Shown here piece by piece: positions 13,875 through 27,370 of a DNA stretch of 64,000 nucleotides. Within the stretch, counting starts at the first letter, position 1, and the number at the start of each line of letters is the position of its first letter. Made by a program: the position numbers and the translations under genes. The notes beneath the pieces are model-generated. The model made no database searches, had not been told where the DNA came from, and saw nothing but the letters and a program-made list of their open reading frames with translations. Origin of the DNA: the human T2T-CHM13v2.0 reference genome, Homo sapiens; the NCBI RefSeq assembly GCF_009914755.1, contig NC_060938.1. The stretch is one strand, 5' to 3'.

Positions 13875-14479
13875 ATTTATTCATTTAAAAAATTTCTTAA
13901 CCATGTCTTTTAAAAAAGGACTTTGTTTTTTGTCAAAACTATAAAAACTGCACCTTTCTTTGCTTTTTTTCTTTATCCTGGGAATATTTTTCAGCCTTTT
14001 GTGCAGAATTTCTTCTATCTCATTAGGATCTCTGCATACTTTATAATGAATCAGAAGATAGAACGTTGTCTTTTAAACATGTTTACCTCCCATATCAGAG
14101 TGACCAGCTTGTATTTATGGCAGACATCATTGATACCCGCCTCAGGCAGGAAAGACTTATGCAGTAGATATCTTGAAGGTCAATGGAATAATAATCTCAC
14201 TGTTTCCCTATGGGTGACATCACACTACAGTCCTCTGTGGCTTCCCCTGGAGGTCCCGGGAAACATTTTCCCCTAAATCTTGTCATAGCAACAACTTAAT
14301 CACTTCACCTGCTTACTGGAGGCTTTTTGGCATGCTGCTTTTACTCTACCCTGATCATTTTTCTTTCCCTTTCTACTAACTCTGCTAACCCTTTATGTTT
14401 TAGAAGTTTGCAGCCATTTGCCAATGCAGACTAATTATTAATCAGGGTTCTTCAATAGATACCAAAAACAAAGAGCATA

Positions 14480-14824
14480 CGGTCATGTGCTGCATAATTA
14501 GCTTTGGTTAATAATGGACTATATATGTGATAGTGCTCTATAAGATTATAACCACTGTATTTTTCTGTACTTTTTCAATGTTTAGATATGTCTAGAAACA
14601 CAAATACTTGCCATTGTGTTACAATTGTCTACAATATTCAGTACAGTAACATACTGCACAAGTTTGTACCCTAGGAGCAATAGGGTATACCAAATAGTCT
14701 AAATGTGTAGTAGGCTATGCCATTTAGGTTTATGTAAGTATGCTCTATGATGTTCACACAATGATGAAATCATTTAATAACACATTTCCCAGAACATACC
14801 CCTGTCATTAATAGCACATGACTG
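14480..14824 (+). mobile_element. Tigger3a/MER7A-like non-autonomous TcMar-Tigger DNA transposon
   Basis: Terminal inverted repeats CGGTCATGTGC...GCACATGACTG, TA on both sides (14478-79, 14825-26), ~345 bp. Confidence 0.9.
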
Positions 14825-17800
14825 TATAGACTAAATTATAATTCTCTTTCTTTGTACAAAAATTTCTGGATTAAGGTCTTGTGTATGTTACTCTAGTCAT
14901 GCCATTTACTATTTTTTTTAGTCATGCCATGTCAACTTTTATTTTAGATTCAGGGGTAAATGTGCAGGCTTGCTACCTGGGTATACTGCGTAATGCTGAG
15001 GTTTGGAGTATAATTGATCCTGTCACCCAGGTACTAAGCATAGTACCTAATACTTAATTTTTCAACCCTTTCCCACCCCGCTCTCCCACTTTCTACCTCT
15101 AGTAGTCTCCTGTTTCTATTGTTGCCATCTTTATATCCATGAATACCCAGTGTTTATCTTCAACCTATAATTGAGAACATATGGTACTTGGTTTTCTATT
15201 TGTATGTTAATTCACTTAGGATAATGACCTCCAGCTGCATCCATGTTGCTGCAAATGATATGATTTCATTCCTTTTTTATGGCTACATAGAATTTCATGG
15301 TGTATATGTACTACATTTTCTTCATTCAATTTACTGTTGATGGACACCTAGGCTGATTCCATGACTTTGCTAATGTGAGTAGTGCTGTCATGAGCATACA
15401 AGTGCATGTGTCTTTTTGGCAGAATGATATACTTTCTTTCGGATATACCCAGTAATGGGATTGCTAGGTCAAATGTTGTAATAGGTCTCTTTCACATTAT
15501 TTGATAAATCTCCAAATGGCTTTCCACAGTGGCTGAACTAATTTACATTCACATCAACTGTGTATAAGCATTCCCTTCTCTCTACAACCTAGCCAGCCTC
15601 TATTGTTTTTTGACTTTTTAATAATAACTATTATGACTAGTTTGAGGTTACCTAGCTTTTCTTCTAACATTTATATATTTTTAGCTCTTACATTTAAATC
15701 TTTAATCCATCTTGAATTAATTTTTGTATGTGCTGAAATGTAGGGGTCCAATTTTATTCTTCTGTATATAGCTAGCCAGCTATTTCAACATCATTTATTG
15801 AATAGAGAGTCCTTTCCCTGTTGCTTACTTTTGTCGACTTTTTTGAAGATCACATGATCATAGGTATATGGCTTTATTTCTGGGTTCTCTATTCTGTTCC
15901 ATTGGTCTTTGTGACTGTTTTTGATCTCAGTTTGAATGTTATTGCTTTATAGAAATGCTACTAATTTTTGTACATTGATTTTGTCTCCTGTAACTTTACT
16001 GAAGTCATTCATCAGTTCCAGGAGCCTTTTAGCAGAGTCTTTAGGGTTTTCAAGTATAGAATCATATCGTCCACAGACAGAGATAGTTTGACTTCTTGTT
16101 TTCCTTTCTGGATGCTTTTTATTTCTCTCTCTTGCCTGATTTCTCTAGCTTGCATTCATAGTATTTTGTTGAATAAGGGTGGTTATGGTGGCATCCTTAT
16201 CTTGTTTTAGTTCTCAAGGAACATGGTTCTAGTTTCTGTCCAGCCAGTATGATATTGGCTGTGGTTTTGTCATAGGTGGTGTGTTTAGAGTTTTTATCAT
16301 AAAGGGATGTTGGGTTTTACTCAAAGATTTTTCTGCATCTATTGAGATGATCATATGGTTTTTGTTTTTAATTGCATTTATGTTGTGAATCACATTTATT
16401 GATTTTAGTATGCGAACCAACCTTGCATCCAAGGAATAAAAACTGCTTAATAATGCTGAGTTAACTTTTGGATGTGCTGCTGGATTTGACTTGCTAGTAT
16501 TTGTTGAGGATAATTGCATCTATGTTAAAAAGAAATATTGGCCTGTAGTTTTCTTTTTTTCATTGTGTATCTGCCAGGTTTTAATATCAAGGTGATGCTG
16601 GCTTCATAGAATGATTAAGGGAAGAGTCCCTCCTGCTCAATTTTTTTGAATAGTTTCAGTAGAACTAGTAAGAAGCTCTTTTTGTGTGTCTGGTAGAATT
16701 TGGCTATGAATGCATCTGGTCCAGGGCTTTTTTGGTTGGTAGGACTTTTAATACTGGTTGAATTTCGGAACTCAGTATTGGTCTGTTCAGGGTTTCAGTT
16801 TCCTTCTGTTTCAGTCATGAGAGGTTTTATGTTTCCAGGAATTTATTCATTTCCTCTAGATTTTCTAGTTTGTGTGCATAGAGGGGTTCATAATATTCTT
16901 CAAGGATCTTTTGTATTTCTGTGGGATTGGTTGTACTGTCACCTTTAACATTTCTGATTGTGCTTATTTGGATCTTCTCTCTTTTTTATCTTTGTAAATC
17001 TAAATAGTTGTTTGGGGATCTCGTTTATCTTTTAAAATGACCAATTTTTTGCTTCTTTGACTCTCTGTATAGATTTTTGGGTCTCAGTGTTGTTCAGTTC
17101 TTCTTTGATACTAGTTATTTCTTTTCTTCTGCTAGTTTTGGAGTTAATTTGTTCTTTAATTTTTAGTCCCTGTAGGTGTAATGATGGATCATTAAGGTGA
17201 GATCTTTCTAACTTTTTGAAGTAAGCATTTAGTGCTATAATCTATACTCTTAACGCTGCTTTTAGTGCATCCTGGAGATTTTGGTATAGTGTGTCTCTGT
17301 TTTCATTTATTACAAATTTTTTTTATTTCTGCCTTAATTTTGTTGTTTTCCCAAAAGTCATTCAGGAGTAAGTTGTTTAATTTTCATACAATTATGTGGT
17401 TTTGAAAGATCTTCTTTATGTTCATTTCTATTTTTATTCCACTGTGATCTGAGAGTATGGTTGGGAAGATTTCATTTTTTTTGAATTTATTAAGGCTTCA
17501 TTTATGGCCAAGCATGTGGTCAACCTTGGAGTATGTTCTATGTGTGAGTGAGAAGAAAGTGGATCCTGTGGTTGATGGGGTGAGTGTTCTGTAGATGGCT
17601 AATAAGTCAAATTGTTCAAGTGTCATATTTAGGTCCAGAATTTCTTCATGAGTTTTCCGACTGGATGATCTGTTTAATGCTGTCAGTGGGGTGTTGAAGT
17701 CTATTATTGTGTGTCTGTCTAAGTCTTTTCATAGGTCTGGAAGTACTTGTTTTATAAATCTGGGTTCACCAGTGTTTGGTGCATATATATTTAGGATAGT

Positions 17801-18385
17801 TCAGTCTTCTTGTTGAATTGAAACCTTTGTCATTATATAATGGCCTTTTTTTGTCCTTTTTACTATTGTTGATTTAAAGCCTGTTTTATCTGATATAAGA
17901 ATACCAACCCCTGCTCTTTTTTTTTCCATTTTCACGGTAGAGCTTTCTCCAGCCCTCTACTTTGAGCCTATAGGTGTTATTACGTGTGAGATGAGTGTCT
18001 TGAAGACAGCAGATGGATGAGTCTTATTTTTTTTATCCAACTTGCCACTCTGTGTCTTTTAAGTGGGGCATTTAGACAATTTACATTCAAGATTAATATT
18101 GATATGTGAGGTTATGATACTAACATGAAGTTGACAGCTGGTTCTTTCCAGTTTCTGTTTGTGATTGCTTTATGGTGTCTTTGGACTATGTACTTAAGTA
18201 TGTTTTTGTGGTATAAGGTATCATTGTTTCATTTTCATGTTTAGAACTCCCTTAAAGATCTCTTGTAAGACTGGTCTAGTGGTAATGAATTTCCTTAGTA
18301 CTTGCTTGCTTGGAAAATATTTCATTTATTTTTTGTTTATGAAGCTTAGTTTGGTGTGCTATGAAATTGTTGGTTGGAATTTCTT

Positions 18386-20219
18386 TTTTTTTTCATTATT
18401 CAGTTTTTGTGGGTACCTAGTAGGTGTGTATTTATGGGGCTTATGAGATGTTTTGATACAGGAATGCAATGCATAATCACATCATGGAAAATAGGTTATC
18501 TATCCCCTGAAGCATTTATCCTTTGTGTTACAAATAATCCAACTATACTATTTATTTTAAAATGTAAAATTAGATTATTATTGACTATAGTCATCCTGTT
18601 GTGCTATTAAATAGTAGGTCTTATTTATTATTTCTAACTATTTTTTGTACCCATTAGCCAGCTCCACCTTCCCTTGATCTGCCACTACCCTTCCCAGCCT
18701 CTAGTAATCATCCTTTTACTCTCTTATCTCCATGGGTTTAATTGTTTTGATTTTTAGATCCTACAAATAAGTGAGAACATGCAATGGATGTCTTTCTATG
18801 CCTGGCTTATTTCACTTAACATAATGATCTCCAGTTCCATCCACGTTGTTGCAAATAAGTAAATGTCACTCTTTTTACGGTTGAATAGTTCTCGTTTGTG
18901 TTCATGTATCATATTTTCTTTATTCGATCATCTGGTGATGGACATTTAGGTTGTTTCCAAATCTTGGCTATTGTGAACAGTGTTTCAACAAACATGAGAG
19001 TGCAGATATCTCTTCAATACACAAATTCTCTTTATTTGGGGTTTATATCCAGCAGTGGAATGCTGGATCATATGGTAGCTGCACTTTTAGTTTTTGGAGA
19101 AACCTCCAAACTGTTCTCCATAGTGGTTGTACTAATTGACATTCCCACCAAAAGTGTACGAGGGTTCTCCTTTCTCCACATCCTCACCAGCATTCGTTCT
19201 TGCCCGTCTTTGGGCTATAAGCCATTTTAACTGGGATGAGATGATATCTCATTGTAGTTTTGATTTGCATTTCTCTGATAATCAGTGATGTTGAGGGCCT
19301 TTTCATATGCTTGTTTGCCATTTGTACGGCTTCTTTTGAGAAATACCTATTCAAATATTTTGCCTATTTTTGATTGGATTATTAGGTTTTTTTCCTATAG
19401 AGTTGTTTGAGATCCTTATGTGTCCTAATAATTAATCCTTTGACAGATAGATAGCTTTGAAATATTTTCTGCCATTCTGTGGGTTGTCTCTCCACTTTGT
19501 TCATTGTTTCCTTTGCTGTGCAGAAAGTTTTTAACTTAATGTGATTCCATTTGCACATTTTTGCTTTGGCTTTCTTGTTTGTGGGGTATTATTTAAAAAT
19601 ATTTTGCTCAGAGCAATATCTTGGAGAGTTTCTTCAATGTCTTCTTATAGTAAGTACCTTCATAGTTTGAGGTCTTAGTTTTAAGCCTTTAATCCATTTT
19701 GATTTGATTTTGATTTGATTTTTGTATATGGCAAGAGATAGGAGTCTAGTTTCATTCTTCTGCATACAGATATCCAGTTTTCCCAGCACCATTTATTGAA
19801 GAGTATGTTCTTGGCAACTTTGTTGAAAATGAGTTCACTGTAGGTGTGTGGATTTGTTTCTGGGTTTTCCATTCTGTTCCACTGGGCTTTGTGTTGTGTT
19901 TTTATGCCAGTACCATACCGTTTGGGTTACTATAGCTGTGTAATTAATTTGAAGTCAGGTAGTGTGATTCCTCTGATTTTGATATTTTTCCTTAGGATAG
20001 CTTTGGCCATTTTGGGTCTTTTGTGGTTCCATATACATTTTAGGATTTTTTTCTATTTTTGTGAAAAATGTCTTTGGAATTTTTATAGGGGTTGCATTGA
20101 AACTGTGGGTTGCTTTGGGTAGTATGGACATTTTGACAATATTGATTCATCCAATCCATTAACATGAAATATTTTTCCAATTTTTGGTGTTCTCTTTAAT
20201 TTCTTTCATCAGTATTTTA
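18386..20219 (-). mobile_element. 5'-truncated L1MA2/3-like LINE nested in the L1PA16 ORF1 region
   Basis: TTTTGTGGGTACCTAGTAGGTGTG 3' end; ORF2 remnant [12 protein letters not shown] (19681-19872); TSD TGGTTGGAATTT(C/A)TT at 18371-18385 and 20220-20234. Confidence 0.9.
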
Positions 20220-21399
20220 TGGTTGGAATTTATTGTATCTAAGAATTCTGAAAACAGGCTGTCAATCTCCTCTGGCTTGTAAGGTTTCCACTAAGAAGTC
20301 TGCTGTTCCCTTTGTGCATCATCTGACCTTTCTCTCTAGCTACCTAGAATATTTTTTCTTTAGCACTGACCTTGGATAATCTGGTGACTAAATGCTTTGA
20401 TGATGTTGTGTAATATCTGGCAGAAACTGTCTGCATACTTCAGTCATTTTTTTAAATTCTTCTTGCTTTATTTTTGTCTAACTGAGTTAGCTTGAAAGAC
20501 TGGACTTCAAGCTCGAAAATTCTTTCTTCTGCCTGGTCTAGTCTATTGACAAAGCATTCAGTTGTACTTTTAAATTCTTTAAATGAGTTTTTCAATTCCA
20601 GAAGCTCTGAATTCTTTTTAACATGTTTATCTCTTCCTTCGCTTTCTGATGCTTTAGAAGTTTCTCTGCATTGACTCCTTTCAACCTTGTCTTGGACCTT
20701 GTTGAGCTTCCTTTCAATTCATGCTTTGAATTCTTTACCTATCATTTCTGCATTTCCATTGTGGTTAGGGACCATTGCTGGAGAAGGAAGGTGATCCTTT
20801 GGTGATATCACTACATTCAGATTTTTCATGGTGCCAAAATTCTTGCTCTGTTTCCTTGTCATCTGGAAACACCAGCACTTTTAATTTTTGTAAGTATTTT
20901 TGTGCAGGTAGGTAGGAATTTTCCCCTTCCTTTTCCTATATTTTTACTTTGGTATTTTTTTTGGTAAATTTGGTAAATTCGGTAATTTTATTTTGGTACT
21001 TTTACTTTCTCTTTCCCTTATACTCCCTTGCTAGGGGTTGAGATCATAAAGAATGGTAGGGCCATTTGGCTTTGCTTCTATAGCTCTATGCACTCTGTCA
21101 GCAGGTTGTATTTTGGGCTGTGCAGTTTGACCTACAAACCAGTAAATGGTGCTTATGGGTAAGAGCCAGCTGAGGCCAATGTGACTGGGTATATACTAGA
21201 TCCTTGATTACTGGAAGAAGCTCTCCGTTGCCTCAGGCAATGAGCTGATTCCTGGAGTGCACAGTGGCCTGAGATCCCTCCTCCCCGCTTAGGGTGGGGG
21301 CCAAGATGGGTGGGGCCAGACTGCAAAGGACCATCTACAGATCCTTCAATGGCAAGCACAAGCACCATTACCAAGGGAGAATCCAGTGGCAGCCACCAA

Positions 21400-21930
21400 G
21401 TGCCCACAGGTATGCCTAGGCATAGAGCTGGGAAACCTCATTGGTTCCAAGTTATCTGCGTGGAAATGAGAGTAGCTAACCTCGTAATCCAGGAGAGTAT
21501 GTGCTCCAGATGCCTGAAGATCTGCCTGGATGTTGAGTGGAGAGGGCCCCCCTGCACCCAGGTCTCTGCATAGTAAGCATGTGGGGAGCTCAAGCTGCTT
21601 TCCAGGTGAGTGGATGCTCTAAATGCCTGGATATCTAGGTAGGTGGGGAGCAAAGAGGGGGCCCCCTGCATCAAGATCCCTACACAGGAAGGATGAGGCA
21701 ACTCAGACTGCTGAACCAGGCAAGTAGGTACCCTGAATGCTTGGAGAGCTGCCTGGGTGCAGAGTGGAGAGAGCCTTGCTGTATCACAGTCTATGCCCAG
21801 ATGGGTGGGTTGGCTCAGGCTGTTGATCCAGTTAGAGAAGGAATGCTATGAACACCTGAATTTCTGCCTGGAGATTGGAGAGATAGGACCCCAGTGCACC
21901 ACAATCTCAGGGGAGCAGGCTTGGACACCC
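21400..21930 (-). repeat. Degenerate ~113-bp tandem array (about 5 units) in the L1 5'UTR
   Basis: Recurrent ATGCCTG(G/A)AGATCTGCCTGG-like motif at 21400, 21510, 21623, 21737, 21852. Confidence 0.75.
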
Positions 21931-23473
21931 GGAAATGGCACACAGAGACAAGTTTCAGGTCACTAAGCTGGTTGCTAGTCTTGGTGCACAGGAGAAACTG
22001 CAGCTGTAGCACTTCTCCTCTCATCCCAGGCCTGTGACAGGGGAGAACACAAATCCAGCACCTATTGTTGAGGTGCTTTCCACAATCGTGCACTCCAATC
22101 TCTAGCCCAAGACTGAAGTGCCTGCACAGCCACACGACTGGGTGGCCAAAGAATGGCTGAGTTGCATGTACCTGGATTAAAAATACTGACCTGCTCTTGG
22201 TCCTGGGTCTGGAAAAACATCTGCAGGTTTTCCTAGTGTCTTTCTTTTACAGCATCTCAAGTCCCTCCCCAGATTAGCTCCACAGTTTGGGTGAAACAAA
22301 GTACTCTATCTTGGCTAGAGTTGCTCGGCTCCTCAGTGGAAAGATGAATCACAGAAGGTGGCTCTCCGCCTCCCTCACATATGGGGGCTTCACCCATTTT
22401 TATCAGTTAAATGCCATCATGAGGGATGTTTGCCCACATTCTCCTCCCTGGTATCTGGAGTTTCCTTCGTGATTCTGATAGATTAAGATTACCTTCTCCT
22501 TTTTGAAGTGAAGCTCACAGACTTGATCTTTATGTAGGGTCTTGCTATTTCTAAGTGGCTGAGGCACGTTAAAAGCCTCTAATCTTCCATCTTGGGAAAA
22601 AAAGCCAAACATTTACTGTTTCGAATTTTCAAATTTCTTTTCTGATAAAAAGTGTTAGTGAGACTATACAATTTCTAGGTATGTAGCATAAAGGAAGTGC
22701 AAATTTTTGGATCTGTAAATATGTCTATCTGTATATAAAGCTTGATGCAATTTATAAATTTTTCAGTCATAAGAAATTTAATTGGCTTTTTTTTCGATTT
22801 TAGGGATAGTAATACTTATGTCATAAGTAATTTAAAAATTAAGCTGGGTAATATTTTTAAAGTGTGTAGGACTGGCTCTGAGCATAAATTTAGAAAATAT
22901 TAAATAGTATAATTCTCTTAATATCCCTTACGGCTCTGTATATTCCCAGATATTCACTCATTTGCTCATGTATTTGATACGCAACGATCTGCCAACTGCT
23001 GTGCCAAGTGTCATCATACAAATGCTTCCCATATGAGGTCTATGTATATTTAAATAAGGTAATTGAATATATTGTGGTAAGTGCTATAACAGAGGCATAT
23101 AATGATCCATATGGAAGGGTATACATTTTCTACTTAACAACACTGATTGACCATATTATTGGCTTCTAAATAAATATTGCTTGTTAATTCTGATTTCAGG
23201 GTAAACATCTTATGCTGAATCTCCACAGCTAAGTAATACTCTTTGCTTCTAACAATTTAGGATACCTTCAGACTTTCTCTTCTATGCAATATATTTTGCT
23301 CAGTAATTATGAGCTAATATATCGAGTTTACTGATATGAAGTATATATATTTTAGTTTATATTGTGCAAATAATCATATTTGCCTGAGTGATCTTGATGT
23401 AATCATCTATTCTTCAGTTAATGCCATAAATTTGATTAATGCAATTGTTGCTTCAGCATTAATTTTTAGGCCT

Positions 23474-24036
23474 GACATAAGTTGTTTGCTATCCAGGTAG
23501 ACCTCACCACCTTTAGCCTAGTTAAAGCTTCCTCTCCTTGTGTGGTTGTGATATAGCCCATCTATTCTTCACCCCATAGACCTAAATCCCAATACATCCC
23601 ACAGCTTCCAACCATGATAAAACCTAAGGGTCAATACCAGAATCATGTAAATACATTCCCCCTTTTCTGATGTTTTCTTTAAACTAGCCAATCCACAACC
23701 CCCAGGGGAAAACCTAAGAGGTAACACCCATGGGCCTTAATGAAGACACAGTTCCACAGGCTCCCTGTCTCCCTGCTCAGCCTGCCCAGAGATACCTCTG
23801 GCCTCCTGTTGGCACCATTAACAGCACTGGGATCTGTAAGTGATACATTTCTTCTATTTTATACACATTCATTTCACCTCCTTATGTGTCTCACCTAATT
23901 CACACACTTGAATCTAACACTCCCCTGGGTGGAGCTCTCCTAGAAAGTGGCTATCTTGGTTTATGGCCACTCTTCTCTTGACAGAGAGACACTAGCACCA
24001 AATTAGAAAGAAACAACAAAACCAAAAATCACAACA
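23474..24036 (+). mobile_element. MER74-like ERVL solo LTR
   Basis: GTGGCTATCTTGGTTTATGGCCACTC...CCAAATTAGAAAGAAAC...AAAAATCACAACA end; internal AAACTAGCCAATC CCAAT box; start approximate. Confidence 0.7.
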
Positions 24037-24384
24037 GTTAGTGATTAGTTTTCTTTAGATATTGTTTAGAGCTCATCTGAAATGAATAACCTTACCCGAA
24101 TTACAATCCATGATTTTTTTTTTGCTTTTGTTTTCTCCCTATTTTGTAGTGTAATTCATATTTTTAGTAGTAATCTGGAATTTTAGAAAATGTTCTACCT
24201 ATGATTTTAGGACATGCCTCTATTTTAACATTTACTTCGAAATTTTTGTCACCTCTAACTGAATGTACCCAAAGCTAACCCTTTATATAATTATCTTAAC
24301 AAAAATTTCAATTTTTTCTGTGCCATCGCTGTTAAAATAATGTATCATTAGAGTATTCTGCTTTACTTTATAAAAATATATGCA

Positions 24385-25820
24385 CTTCATATTTTGTAGC
24401 AGTTTTTACTCACGAGAATATTACAGAGATTTATATATCCTTTTCTCCCACTGATCCACATTTTGCCACTATAAATATCCCACATTGAAAGCACACATTA
24501 AAAAAATCTGAGCTACGTAGACTCGCCATATTCACAAATGTCCATAGTTTACTTTAGGCTTCACTCTTGGTGTACATTCTGTGAGTTTTCACAATTGTAT
24601 AATGACATGTTCTTCCATTATAGTATTATACAGAGTAGTTTATCTGCCCTAAACATCCTGTGTGTTTTATCTATTCATGCCTCCCACCTTACCTCTGGCA
24701 ACCGCTAATCTTTTTGCTAGTTCCATAGTTTTGCCTTTTCCAGAGTATCATGTTGGAATCATACAGTTATGCAGACTTTTCAGTTTGGCTTCTTGGCTTC
24801 TTTCACTAGTAATATGCATTTAAGTTTCCTTCTTGTCTGTTCTTGGCTTGATAGGTTTTTTAAGTGTTGAATATTATTTCACTGCCTAAACATACCATGA
24901 TCTATCTATTCATTTACCTACTGAGGAACATCTTAGTTGCTCCCAAGTTTTGGCAATTATGATTAAAGCTTCTATAAACATTGGTGTGCAGATTTTTGTG
25001 GGAACATACATTTTCAGCTTATTTGGTTAAATATCAAGGAGTGTGTTTACTGGATTGTATGACAAGAGTATATTTAGTTTTATAAGAAGTTGCCAAACTG
25101 TCTTCCAAAGTGGCTGCGCCATCATGCATTCCCACCCCCAATGTGTGAGTTTCTATTGGTCCACACCCTGGCCAGTGTTGTGTTGTCAGTGGTTTGGAAT
25201 TTTGATATTCTAATAGACGTGTGGTGGTATCTCATTGCTGATTTAATTTGCAATTCCCTAATGACATATGATTTAAACAACATTTTATGTGTTCGTCTTT
25301 CACCTATATATCATCTTTTGTGAGGTGTCTGTTCAGATATTTTGCCATTTTGTAATTGGGCTTTTCATTTTCTTATTATTGAGTTTGAAGGATTCTTTAT
25401 GCAGTTTTGATGGCAGTCCTTTCTCGAATATATCTTTTGAAAATATTTTCCCCCAGTCGGTGGCTTGTCTTCTCATTCTCTTTTCAGTGCCTTTCTCAGA
25501 GCAGAAGTTTTAAATTTTAGCAAAGTTCAACTTATTAGTAATTTCTTTGATGCATCCTTCCTGTGATGTTGTATCTAAAAAGTAATTCCCAAACACAAGG
25601 CCATCTACATTTTCTCCTATGATATTTTCTAAATGTTTTCTGTAGTTTACATTAGGTGCCTAATATTTTTAGTTAACTTTTGTGACGGGTGTAAGGTCTG
25701 TGTGTGCACTCTCTTTTACAATATTATTTTTGCCCTTGATGTCAGTTTTCCTGCATCATTTGTTGAAAAGACTCTTTTCCTCATTGGTTTGCCTTTACTC
25801 CGTTGTCAAAGATCAGTGTT
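24385..25820 (-). mobile_element. L1MC1/2-like 3' end
   Basis: GTCCATAGTTTACTTTAGGCTTCACTCTTGG...CCATAGTTTTGCCTTTTCCAGAG...AACTGTCTTCCAAAGTGGCTG. Confidence 0.85.
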
Positions 25821-26461
25821 TTACTTTAATCTCTTTCTTTTTATTTATTCTCTATATCCCAAATACTACTATGTACTTTATATATATTTTATAATTTTAA
25901 CTTAACAAACTTGCTACTGTAGTAGCAGTAACTATCCAAATAGCCAACAGTCTTGCTCTTTGTATTTATTTTATTCCAAATTCATTTAGTTTCATTAGGT
26001 TCAAAACAGCAGCTAAGTAGTGAAAGAGGTGAATGGAAAAACCAGCCATGCCTAAAAGGAGAGGAGTCTTATTTTTAAATGAAGAGTCACATATTGGTTA
26101 CTGTCTTGTAATAACTCTTAGTATTTCTGAATTTAAACTGGATGCTATAATCTAGAATGAATGTAGTGCGTTAGAGAGTGAGGAGTGAACTGAAAACTAT
26201 GGAGGTTGCTGAGTTTTCATACAGTGGCATGGGAAACCTCTTCCACTAGATGCATTTTAAAGTGGCAGTGAGAAACCAAACAAATTTGCATTTGATATCA
26301 TCCAAAAGAAAATCATTTTTCAGTGTTACAAAAGAAAACTAAATGTGGTAATTTTGTCACAATTAACTTAAAGCCAGATAAGGTATCAGGAACAGATAAT
26401 GTGACTGAGGTGGAATGCATGTCCAAGATTGTTAAAAATAAGACATGTAAGTAGTGAAATG

Positions 26462-27370
26462 TGATGTGGAAAAGGAGTGGTCTGGGAGTCAGTAAACCTA
26501 GGATCTAGAACCAATTATCTGTCACTTAGAGTCATCTCTCATTTATGTTATGTTTCCTCAACCATTAAATAGAGAATAAATAAGTAGTAATTTTTTTAGT
26601 CTTCTTCAATTCTAAAGTTCAAAGCTGCTAGTACAAGAAAAGTCAAACACAGTTCTGAGTTAATGTGGTTCAACTAGGTGTCTTAAGTGAATAAATTAAA
26701 CACATGTTTACTTATAATTAAATACATTCTAATAAAATTATGTATAAGAAATGTAAATCTGAAGTGGAAGATAGAAGCAGACTTTTCCCACTGTTTAATT
26801 TTTTTTAAGTCAGTAGTAAACACACATGCAAGAGATTGCAATGATTTGAATGTTTTCTTCGTATACAAATTCATTATTTTATATTCTGCCTTTATTTTTT
26901 GAACTGTAACTCAATAGCTTAAAATTATAGGATTTTAAAGTGAATAGAGGCTTTTCAAGTTCCATATCATCCCAACCTCAATTTATGAAAGAGTAAACCA
27001 AGGTCCAGAAAAAAAAAATGATTTGTACAGGATCACATAGTTAATTTACGGCAAGGCTAGAAGAACATGCTGGATTTCCTGAACTTTGGCCCAGTGACTT
27101 TTCCACAATAAGTTTTAAGTTCTCAGTAATTAGTATATTTTTAGTAAACCATTGATAAAATATTTTGTTTTATTTTGTAGAAATAAGTTTTGACACCTAT
27201 TAATTCATTTTATCCTATTAACATTTTTGCAAAGTTATTAATATTATTATCTTTATTACACACACACTAGAACAGATTAAGTAATATGCCCGAAATCATG
27301 TAATTAAAAAAGAATGAAGTGTGAATTTAGCTTCACTTTTGCCTGACTCCAGATTCTAACTTATTTCAAG
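26462..27370. mobile_element. Cluster of MIR/MIR3 remnants (about 26462-26620 +, 26920-27110 -, 27200-27370 -)
   Basis: Degenerate core motifs CTGGGAGTCAGTAAACCTAGG, GATTTGTACAGGATCACATAG, TGCCTGACTCCAGA. Confidence 0.55.

Larger units (their letters stand above)
14915..22609 (-). mobile_element. End-to-end L1PA16-like LINE-1 (5'UTR, ORF1, ORF2, 3'UTR) with internal deletions, interrupted by L1MA
   Basis: L1PA16-type 3'UTR at 14933; ORF2 remnants (ORF 16229-16519 [24 protein letters not shown]); GC-richer 5'UTR ~21040-22600 beginning ..CCCAAGATGG on the minus strand; TSD CATTTACT(A/G)TTT at 14903-14914 and 22610-22621. Confidence 0.85.

Noticed and set aside
21400-21930. Periodic repeats as a CRISPR-like array
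   Set aside because: Whole units are homologous and degenerate with no unique spacers, and they sit in an L1 5'UTR in primate DNA
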